A stretch of 64,000 nt of DNA from Sedimentisphaerales bacterium (GTDB lineage: Bacteria; Planctomycetota; Phycisphaerae; Sedimentisphaerales; Anaerobacaceae): positions 3,008,001 to 3,072,000 of the forward strand of contig OY970194.1 of the NCBI GenBank assembly GCA_963708075.1. The letters are read 5' to 3'. Each line of letters begins with the position of its first letter. The first letter of the stretch is position 1. Of the stretch, positions 33,383 through 41,228 are shown in pieces. The notes below the pieces were generated by a model. That model saw only the letters and a program-made list of their open reading frames with translations, had not been told where the DNA came from and made no database searches. Position numbers and translations under genes: made by a program.

Positions 33383-35287
33383 ATGTCGCGGCAAGCCGTT
33401 GTCTGGATCGTCGTCGCGTCCGTTCTTGTCGCCTTTTGGCCTGTCCCTGTAACAGGTGAATCCCTGCCCGCGCATACGGGCACCCGCCTCCTGCAAAGCG
33501 GCGGCCTGATGGTCGAGGTCGGTGACCCCGACTTGCCCGAATGCAAATGGAACAGAGGACTGCGGTTCTCGCCCGTGGCCAACGTGCTTCGCGTGCAACT
33601 CGACGGCCGGGAGTTCCTGTATTCGCCCGTTGGCGGCGGGGCTTTGAGCTATCTCGGCGGACTGCCGATGGAGTTCGATATCGGCCAGGAGGCGTTTCAG
33701 CCGGACCCACCGGGCTACAACGAAGGCGTGAACGGCGACCCATTTCTCAAAATCGGCGTCGGCATCCTGCGACGTGACACCAGCGCATACAATTTCTCCA
33801 CCAATTACCCGGTAGTCGAGCTGGCCCGCTCGACCGTGACGTGGGAACGCGACCGGGCCCATTTTATCCAAACGCTGTCCGGAAGTGCGAAAGGCTACTC
33901 CTGCCGGCTCGAGGAGGACCTGATCGTCAAGAATGACCGGCTCATCATGAGCTACGTGCTGCGAAACACCGGGACGAAGCGGTTCACGACAGAGCAGTAT
34001 ATCCACAACTTCGTGTGCTTCAGCGGCCACACGGTCGGCCCGAACGTAAAGATTTCGTTCCCGTATGCCTTCACGGCCTCGCCCGACGTGACGCCCTGGT
34101 CGCCGCCGGGCAAAGTGAGGGCCCTCCTGCCCGCCGCTGCGCCGGATGTAGTGCGCATTGGGAATGCTGTCGTTTACATGAACAAGATCTCCAGCGTTCC
34201 GAAGATCTGGATCTATAAGCCGCAGGACTATGCGGGCCCAGACTTGTTCGCGGCCGAGCACACGGAGACCTTGCAGCGATTGATCATCGACGCGTCAATC
34301 CCCGCCGCGTACGTGGGAATATGGACCACGGATTACCAGGTATCGCCCGAACAGTTCCTCCAAATCACCCTGGCGCCCGGCGAGGAGGCCAGGTTCACAC
34401 GGACGTACAGCTTCCGCACCGGCGACTCGGTCGCCGAGGACTGCACAGGTGATGGCACAGTGGATGGCAACGACCTGTCGCTCATGTCGTCCGCCTGGCT
34501 CAGCGGGCCCGCCGGCGCCCGATGGCAGCCATCGTGCGATCTCTCGCCGGCGAGTCCCGACAGAATCGACCTGTACGACCTGAGCGTCTTGGCAAGCCGC
34601 TGGCAACAGGAAGATGGATTGGCCTCGCCGACTGTCCATTGGCGGCTCGATGAGACAGCGGGAAGCACGGCTGTTGAGGAACAGGGACGGCGCAACGGCC
34701 TGCTGCACAACTTCCCTGATGATGGCTCGCAGTGGGTCGAGGCCGTGAATGGTGGCGGGCTGCGCTTCGATGGGATCGATGATCTCGTGGAAATCAGCAG
34801 CAATTCGGAAATCTATGGCACGCGTCCCCGCGCGGTGACCGCCTGGATCAAACTGACCGATAAGCCCATGGACAATCAGACGATCCTCGTCTGGGGCACG
34901 CCGGAGCCCGGCCGATACTGGCAGCTCGAAGTCGATGCGAATCGCAAATTCCGATTCTCTTGCGGCCCGGGCTCCGCCGTCGCATCCGGCAAGCTGATCG
35001 GCGACACTCAGTGGCATCATATCGCCGCTGTGCTCGACCCTATCGATCCCGGCAACCCGCACGTGAGCGACATACGGCTCTACGTGGACGCCCAGCCGCA
35101 GGCTGTCCTGGAACTGACTGAGCACCCGATCGATACAGCCAACATCGGCAACCTGAGGATAGGCGCCTCCTATGACCCCAGCGCCCCCCACTACTTCAAC
35201 GGCATCCTCGACGACGTGCAACTCTTCGATGCTGCCCTGGGCCCTGCCGACATTCAAGCACTGTACAGACAGGCATCCTCCAAATGA
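33383..35287 (+). CDS. Secreted protein: unknown N-terminal domain + dockerin-like duplicated EF-hand + LamG
   Basis: GGAGG RBS and signal peptide; DCTGDGTVDGNDL...W and RIDLYDL...W; HWRLDE...FDGIDD...WHHIA...LDDVQLFDAAL. Confidence 0.85.
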   Translation: MSRQAVVWIVVASVLVAFWPVPVTGESLPAHTGTRLLQSGGLMVEVGDPDLPECKWNRGLRFSPVANVLRVQLDGREFLYSPVGGGALSYLGGLPMEFDIGQEAFQPDPPGYNEGVNGDPFLKIGVGILRRDTSAYNFSTNYPVVELARSTVTWERDRAHFIQTLSGSAKGYSCRLEEDLIVKNDRLIMSYVLRNTGTKRFTTEQYIHNFVCFSGHTVGPNVKISFPYAFTASPDVTPWSPPGKVRALLPAAAPDVVRIGNAVVYMNKISSVPKIWIYKPQDYAGPDLFAAEHTETLQRLIIDASIPAAYVGIWTTDYQVSPEQFLQITLAPGEEARFTRTYSFRTGDSVAEDCTGDGTVDGNDLSLMSSAWLSGPAGARWQPSCDLSPASPDRIDLYDLSVLASRWQQEDGLASPTVHWRLDETAGSTAVEEQGRRNGLLHNFPDDGSQWVEAVNGGGLRFDGIDDLVEISSNSEIYGTRPRAVTAWIKLTDKPMDNQTILVWGTPEPGRYWQLEVDANRKFRFSCGPGSAVASGKLIGDTQWHHIAAVLDPIDPGNPHVSDIRLYVDAQPQAVLELTEHPIDTANIGNLRIGASYDPSAPHYFNGILDDVQLFDAALGPADIQALYRQASSK

Positions 35288-35378
35288 CCTCAATGAGGCC
35301 TTGACTGCGTGCCTGTTCGGGACGATATAGTAAGGAAGACTCGACCTACTGATGATTTGACTTCTCGGAGACGCCGCG

Positions 35379-36137
35379 ATGGGGAACAGGCACAGGGGTT
35401 TCACGCTGATCGAGCTTCTGGTGGTGATCGCGATTATCGCGTTGCTGATGGGGATTCTCATGCCGGCCCTGAGCAAGGCGCGCAAGCAGGGCCGCGACGT
35501 GTACTGCCTGAGCAACCTCAAGCAACTTGGAATTGCACTGCAGATGTACGCGCAGGAGTACGACGATTTCATCCCGCGGGCCCTCGACAACAAGCAGGCA
35601 AAATGGGTTTTCGTCTTCATGCCCTTTCTCGGCGAGAAGTACCGGTCCCTTGCGGATTATCGCGAAGTCGATATCTACCAGTGCCCATCCTTTCCTCGCA
35701 CCGGCATCGGATCGAACAACGCCCGCAACGCCGAGCAAACGGTGGATTACGTGGTCAATGCGTGGGACATGGACAAACCCGGCCTGACCACCGGCAACAA
35801 GGGTCAGCAGAAGGATGACCCGACCAAGCTCCACTCCGTCAGGCAGACATCGCAACGGATCTATCTGGCCGACAATGAGGCGGGCGACTGGCGTCCCGTC
35901 GTCCGCGACAAGGACGAGCTGAATCTCCTGTCGAACCTGAACCTGCTGGACGTCTGGTCGACGACACACCTGCCCGCGTCGGACCAGACCGTTCGAGGCA
36001 ACAACCTGCACCGGCGAGTCGCCCAGGACCGCCATCGCAACCGCGGCTGCAACAACTTGTTCTTCGACGGCCATGCGGAATGGCTCAAAGCCGAGGACAA
36101 CACCGCTTTCTACTGGTGCGGCGTCAATGTCCCCTGA
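35379..36137 (+). CDS. Prepilin-type N-terminal cleavage/methylation protein with H-X10-DG motif (DUF1559-like)
   Basis: [17 protein letters not shown]...[21 protein letters not shown]. Confidence 0.93.
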   Translation: MGNRHRGFTLIELLVVIAIIALLMGILMPALSKARKQGRDVYCLSNLKQLGIALQMYAQEYDDFIPRALDNKQAKWVFVFMPFLGEKYRSLADYREVDIYQCPSFPRTGIGSNNARNAEQTVDYVVNAWDMDKPGLTTGNKGQQKDDPTKLHSVRQTSQRIYLADNEAGDWRPVVRDKDELNLLSNLNLLDVWSTTHLPASDQTVRGNNLHRRVAQDRHRNRGCNNLFFDGHAEWLKAEDNTAFYWCGVNVP

Positions 36138-37437
36138 GCGCGCACATCGTAGCACCAGAGGCTATCGTGGTAACGGAGATAGAGCCAGCCGTCAAGTAGG
36201 ACGGGGTGGGCCCAGGCGTCGCGGACTCGCTCGGTGACAAGCTGAAACTGGCCGACAATCTCCAGGCCCGTCGCACCGGGCTTCAAGAGGGCGACAGTGC
36301 TGCGCTCGTCGAGGCAGTAAAGCCGGCCGTCGGCGTGGATGGCCGAGCCCGTGGTCAGGTCCTTGAACTCGTATTTCGTCCGGCCGCTCTGCCAATCGAT
36401 CGCGAGCCACTATTTGCACTCGCGGTAGCCCGCGGCGAACAGTGTGCCATCCACAAGCACCGCCCCGCCTGTCACGGCGTCGACGGGCGATGTCCACACG
36501 TGCTCCGCAGAGATCGCCCCGCCATCCGGGCGAAGGCGGTACTGTCGGCCATGCTCGGCGTATGGCGTCATGAAGAACACGCGGCCGGAGTCAAACACCG
36601 GCGTCGAGACGTTCACGCCATGCGGATTTCGCAGTGGGACCGTCCAGAGCAGCTCGCCCGTATCGGCGTCCACGCCAAAGCCGTGAGCCGAGGAGCAGTT
36701 GGCGATCATGCGGCGCCCGCCGTATCGGAACAGGATCGGCGAGCTGTGAGACGTGTTGTCCTCATCAAGCGGCTTCGTGGTCCATAGCGTCTGGCCTGTC
36801 CGCTTGTCGAGCGCTGCCATCAGGGCTTTTGTACCGCCCGGCGTGACGATCACGCGGTCGCCGTCGATCAACAGGCATTCACTGACCGCCCAGGTAATGT
36901 TCCTGCCCCCGAACTGCTCCAGGACGTTGAGGGTCCAGAGTTCATTGCCCGTGGCGGCATCGAGGCAGGTCACGCGTCCATGCGCGTTCATGTGATACAG
37001 CCGGCCCTCCGAATACGCGCAGCATGCCCGCGCGCCGGGATAAGGCCCCTTCCACGCCTTGCCGTTCTTCGCCCGCCAGATCGGCTTGCCCCCGAGATCG
37101 AACGCGAACACAATCAGATCGTCGCCCACATCGCCGGTAATGAACAGTCGGCCTCCCGTAATGATCGGCGAGGACCAGCCGGCGCCAAGACCGTCGATCT
37201 TCCACAACAGCTTCGGACCACCCTCGGGCCAAGCCGGCAGGAGATTCTTCTCGTCGGACATGCCATCGCGCCGCGCCCGCGCCACTGCGGCCAACCCGAC
37301 TCTGGCGAAGCCATCAATCCATCCACAGTCACAGGACCCGCCTCCACACCTGCCGCGACACATGACAGCGAAAGCACCGCGGCGATCACGCACCGTAAGA
37401 GGCGATTTGCTCTAATTTCGTCCGCATATACCGTCAT
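36110..37437 (-). CDS. PQQ-like beta-propeller (BamB-like) protein; one frameshift and one internal TAG
   Basis: Signal peptide, WPQWRG(P)RRDG, GWSSP, SECLL, HSSP. The frame stays open past TAG 36410-36412 with [23 protein letters not shown] to TAG at 36110. Confidence 0.8.
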
Positions 37438-37551
37438 TGTTATTTCCAAGCCAATCATGCCAAGCAGATTCCGGGACACATCATAGCGCAGGCCGCAGGC
37501 CTGTTCAATAGACTTGCTCGGTTCTTGCTGCACCGAAAATGCGATTGTCGG

Positions 37552-38211
37552 CTATTTCACGTAGAAGCTATAGGTGTGCCTGCAGGTGTCACACAGGAAT
37601 GAAGTTCCGCCGAGAGGCTCGAAGTGGTATGGCGTGAACCGCTTGAGGGATTGAACCTGATCGAGAGGAACGGGGACAAGATCAGGCGTGTCGTTCCAGC
37701 CAAGCACGAAGATGCCTCGCGGATTGAGAATGACGTGGACCGCGGCGAATGCCGTTTCGATAGCGTCCCGGTCGTTCAGTCCCCAGCCGAACACGCCATT
37801 CATCAGCACGAAATCAAAGTAGTCCTCGGCAAAATGGTTTGTCAGATTCGCGGCGCTGTCGGTGATATGATCAGGGGCGCCAAAGCGGGCTCTCTGTGCA
37901 TCCCAATCCAGTGTCCAAAGCTCCCGGCCCTCGAAGAACTCGTTATAGAAAGCTTCGTACGGCTCTCTACCAATATCGAGCACCGTCTCAGGCTCGAACC
38001 GCGATAAGATGAAAGGGATGATGATCTGCTCGAGCACGTTTCTGTCCTCATACGCCGACCTCTCGGCAGCCACATGCCTGGCGACCACGTTGCGGGCAAA
38101 CCTGCGGTAGTATGCATCCCGAGCCGCCTGGATTGACCGGTTGTCTACGGAGCCTTCAGCAAATCGGGTTGCCATCTTCTCGCGAATTCTCGTTTTCGCA
38201 GTCTGTATCAA
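37552..38211 (-). CDS. Class I SAM-dependent methyltransferase-like protein
   Basis: VLDIG; FDFVLMNGVFGWGL; LNPRG. Start overlaps the upstream stop. Confidence 0.75.
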   Translation of the reverse strand: MIQTAKTRIREKMATRFAEGSVDNRSIQAARDAYYRRFARNVVARHVAAERSAYEDRNVLEQIIIPFILSRFEPETVLDIGREPYEAFYNEFFEGRELWTLDWDAQRARFGAPDHITDSAANLTNHFAEDYFDFVLMNGVFGWGLNDRDAIETAFAAVHVILNPRGIFVLGWNDTPDLVPVPLDQVQSLKRFTPYHFEPLGGTSFLCDTCRHTYSFYVK

Positions 38212-39386
38212 CTCTCTCTGACTTCATCGAAGAGCGGCGTAGAGCCCTGGCGGACGCACTCGGCGGCATAGATGTACAGGGCGGCCGACCAGGTCTGCCA
38301 GTCCTGACCCTTCGGCTGACCGGTCTGGGCCTGGTGCCATTCATTGAATCCAAATGCCAGGTCCGGGTTCTTCGCTTGGCGGACCAGTTCGGTCAGGACC
38401 GCCAGTTTCTCTTCAGCCAGTCGCTTCTTCCCAGCCGCCACGATCGCCGCCACGTAGAAGCCGCAGATGAAGGGCCATACGCCGCCATTGCAGTAGCATC
38501 CCGGCGGATTGAACCGCTCGACGCGGCTCAGATAGTCCGGATCGCCATGACGCATGAAGGGAAACAGGCACGGGGGCAGATCGACCGCCAGCTCTCTGTG
38601 CTTCCGCAGATGCTCACATTCCTCCTCAATCCACGCCACCATGTTCTCGGCACGGCTGGGCGAAGCCAGGCCCGACAGGATCGCCAGGCTGTTGCCCATC
38701 AGATCAAAGCGCTCGCTGCCGTACTCCTTGAAGGCCCACAGGGCGAAGTAGGGTTTGTGGGGCAGGAGCAAGCCGCGATGCACGTGCCCATGGCTCTCCG
38801 CGCTGGTCACGGCGAAGCGATGCATGAGGTCGTACAACTCCGAAGCCTTCTTGCGCTCGCCGAACAGCTTTAGATAGGTATAGACCAGCGCATTGACGTA
38901 CAGCCCGTAGCCAGGCACCCACTGCTCGTCGCGCCAGTCGGTGGTCGGTTGCTGATCTACCATGACGCGGTTCTCGGGACTGCGATAGGCCATCCACGTC
39001 AAGGCCTTCTGAGCCGCCTGCTCCAGGAAGCTCTTCTCGCCCGTAACGCGCCGGTACATCGCCACGGCCACCAGGAACAGAGGCGTCGTATCGCTTGCTC
39101 CCAGGTGCTCAGAACTATGCGCAAGCGAGGGTATGTGCCCCAGAGGCGTCTGATTGTCGGCCAGGCTCTTGAGCACCTGCCGCAGGGAGGTCATCAATTC
39201 CTTGTCTTTCGTCACCAGGGCAGCCAGGCTGGAAAGCAACAGATCGCGCGTGTAGGGCTCCGGATAGCCCCAGGCAGCCGTCCGCGGCAACCCGTGGTAG
39301 TTGCCGCACATGTTGTTATAGAGCACCTCCCGGGCGGCTTGCACGGCCTCGTCCACTGCCGGCCAGATGTCGGTCATCGTGCCCAT
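38208..39386 (-). CDS. Six-hairpin glycosidase (GH100 / amylo-alpha-1,6-glucosidase-like)
   Basis: YTRD; DTTPLF; DWRD; Y.NGGVWPF; FNEW...QTWSAA. Confidence 0.85.
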   Translation of the reverse strand: MGTMTDIWPAVDEAVQAAREVLYNNMCGNYHGLPRTAAWGYPEPYTRDLLLSSLAALVTKDKELMTSLRQVLKSLADNQTPLGHIPSLAHSSEHLGASDTTPLFLVAVAMYRRVTGEKSFLEQAAQKALTWMAYRSPENRVMVDQQPTTDWRDEQWVPGYGLYVNALVYTYLKLFGERKKASELYDLMHRFAVTSAESHGHVHRGLLLPHKPYFALWAFKEYGSERFDLMGNSLAILSGLASPSRAENMVAWIEEECEHLRKHRELAVDLPPCLFPFMRHGDPDYLSRVERFNPPGCYCNGGVWPFICGFYVAAIVAAGKKRLAEEKLAVLTELVRQAKNPDLAFGFNEWHQAQTGQPKGQDWQTWSAALYIYAAECVRQGSTPLFDEVRES

Positions 39387-39642
39387 AGGCTCTCAAACAT
39401 AAGAATCATCTCTCATGTACCCATCAGAACTACCTCAAAAACACTCCTACGGAAGGCAACACAGCGTCAGGATCAGCAAATCTCGCATTTGCCCGCGCTA
39501 CAATGCTTAGAACACCTGATCGAGCGAGAGCAGACCGAGCCCCGCCGGCATGCCAACCCTCCGAAAAGAACGATCCGAGGGACCGCCGGGGGTGTGGTCG
39601 GAATTTGGTGGCGGCGTGTAGCCGCCGTGTGCGGACAGCGCC

Positions 39643-39925
39643 TCTTTCGTCCCTTACGGGACTGGCTTCTGTCCTCGGCCCCGGTTCCCCAGCGATGAAT
39701 CGCTGGGCTATTCTCTATCGCCCTGCGGGCTTGAACTGCGCCTGGACGGGTTGATCACTATCCCACAGGCGTTGCGGCTATTGGCTATCGCCCTGCGGGC
39801 TTGGACTTCGCTCCAGTCCTCTTGCGTCGGCCCGTCCGCCCCACGGGGGCGATCGACACTAGCCCACCGTTTCAACGGTGGGTACGATAGTCAATCCTAT
39901 CTCCAAGCCCCGTAGGGGCGAAAGA
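39643..39925. repeat. Inverted pair of composite three-hairpin REP-like elements
   Basis: Copy 1 at 39643-39731 (GTCCC-TTAC-GGGAC, CCCAGCGAT-GA-ATCGCTGGG, GCCC-TGC-GGGC); partial duplicate at 39776-39803; inverted copy at 39838-39925 (GCCCC...GGGGC, CCCACCGTT-TC-AACGGTGGG, GCCCCGTAGGGGCGAAAGA). Confidence 0.75.
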
Positions 39926-40037
39926 AGACTGGGCTGCGCTCTTGTGTCGGCTGGAATCCGAATCCGCCACCGTATGCCGACCGCACCCACCGCCGGAATC
40001 CAAGGATTATCCTGTTGCACACCGCCTCAATATATGG

Positions 40038-40053
40038 TTAAATGTACATTTAA
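40038..40053. promoter_or_regulatory. Perfect 16-bp palindrome, putative operator
   Basis: TTAAATGTACATTTAA in an AT-rich patch 45 bp upstream of ATG 40098. Confidence 0.55.
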
Positions 40054-40097
40054 TGGGGGTAACCACCGTATCATGGGTTTTAGGGCAGTATGGAATC

Positions 40098-40358
40098 ATG
40101 AACAGGAAGGTTTGCCAGCAAAGGCGTCAGTACCGGGAAACCATCCCGGGCGCAGACAAGGCAACGTATCAGAAGAAGTATGACAAGGCGATGTCCGGAC
40201 GTGATCCGAAGGCGGCGATCGCGGCCAAGTGCCTGGACTGCATGCACTGGCAACGGACGCGGATTCGCGAGTGCCCCATCGCATGTTGTCCGCTCTGGCC
40301 CTATCGTCCCTTCGTGGGCAACGCCGAGGCCGCGGCGGACGCCCTGACGAAGATGTAG
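40098..40358 (+). CDS. Small Cys-rich (putative Zn-binding) hypothetical protein, 86 aa
   Basis: AAIAAKCLDC-x9-C-x4-CPLWPYR pattern; basic N-terminus. Confidence 0.7.
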   Translation: MNRKVCQQRRQYRETIPGADKATYQKKYDKAMSGRDPKAAIAAKCLDCMHWQRTRIRECPIACCPLWPYRPFVGNAEAAADALTKM

Positions 40359-40377
40359 CGGCTGATGCAGTCATAAA

Positions 40378-40432
40378 GGGGCACTGCTCCGGAGGCCGCA
40401 CCCTTTTGGGGTTATGGTCGGAGCAGTGCCCC
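40378..40432. terminator. Strong hairpin between convergent genes (candidate terminator)
   Basis: GGGGCACTGCTCCG/CGGAGCAGTGCCCC 14-bp perfect stem; TTTAT follows on the minus strand. Confidence 0.55.
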
Positions 40433-40579
40433 AGTCCATCCGTGGACCCTGATTCTCCCGGCCATCCGTGGTTCTCCGATGATACCGAGGATGACCCTCG
40501 ATATAGAGACTGAATCCGTCATGGCCGCCAACACTCCGGCGGGTAGACTATGCTTAGATGACCACCTCCATCCGGCTGA

Positions 40580-40852
40580 TTATGTGTTTGTCATGGCCGC
40601 CGGACAGGCAAACCAGCGAAAGATGCTTTTCATGCGACGACGGGAGAGAAATCCATCAGAGAGCCAGCTCGTGCGATCATCCGCGGCCGGCGTCAATGCG
40701 ACTCGTGCACGACGAAACGAAACACCACCCTCACTCTGCAACAGACGCCCTCCTGCCTCGGTCTCTCCCGACAGCAGACCAAGAGCCCCGATACTTCTAA
40801 AGAAAAACCGCTGCCCATCCAGGAATGGCTTGCGGTCAGTGATCCTTGCCAT
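40580..40852 (-). CDS. Orphan small ORF (90 aa)
   Basis: AGGAGGAG-TGTAG-ATG RBS and a consensus promoter upstream; no recognisable domain. Confidence 0.45.
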   Translation of the reverse strand: MARITDRKPFLDGQRFFFRSIGALGLLSGETEAGGRLLQSEGGVSFRRARVALTPAADDRTSWLSDGFLSRRRMKSIFRWFACPAAMTNT

Positions 40853-40989
40853 CTACACTCCTCCTGAGCTCGAGAGCAAACCATCGGGCCCGTCCCATCC
40901 ATCCGACGAGCCACCCTCCCGGCTTTCCTCACCGTGCCTTCTCATTGCCCGATGCAGCCGTGTGACCACTGCATCGACAACTGAGTGAC

Positions 40990-41017
40990 ATTATAGGTCC
41001 CGTTGTCGGTTTGTCAA
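40990..41017 (-). promoter_or_regulatory. Perfect-consensus sigma70 promoter
   Basis: Minus strand TTGACA-N16-TATAAT. Confidence 0.75.
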
Positions 41018-41228
41018 TCGGGGAGATTGCCTAATTCTGTGCATGTGGCCACGTGAAGGCATCACAAGGGCAGCGACGTCACGCCTCGGGAAACGAACAG
41101 GTGATGCTGCAGCAAATGCTATGTCGCGCTCTCATCGGCAGTTATGTTTTCAATACCGGAGCAGCCGTGTCGAAAGCCCCGCACACAGGCCGCCAGGGCC
41201 GGCAGGCAAAAATTTTTTCGCAAGGCGT

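Noticed and set aside
33383..35287. Cellulosome, based on dockerin-like repeats
   Set aside because: No cohesin or scaffoldin in the window; such Ca-loop modules are common in planctomycete secreted proteins.
36410..36412. Genome-wide TAG reassignment
   Set aside because: Several genes in the window terminate normally at TAG (e.g. 16934, 47359, 59976, 62016).
39643..39925. CRISPR array or integron attC array
   Set aside because: No regularly spaced direct repeats with unique spacers, no cas or integrase gene, and no clear RYYYAAC/GTTRRRY-bounded units.
40605..40640. c-di-GMP-I riboswitch-like GGCAAACC...GAAA
   Set aside because: It lacks the following GG-GACGCAAA segment and the second stem.
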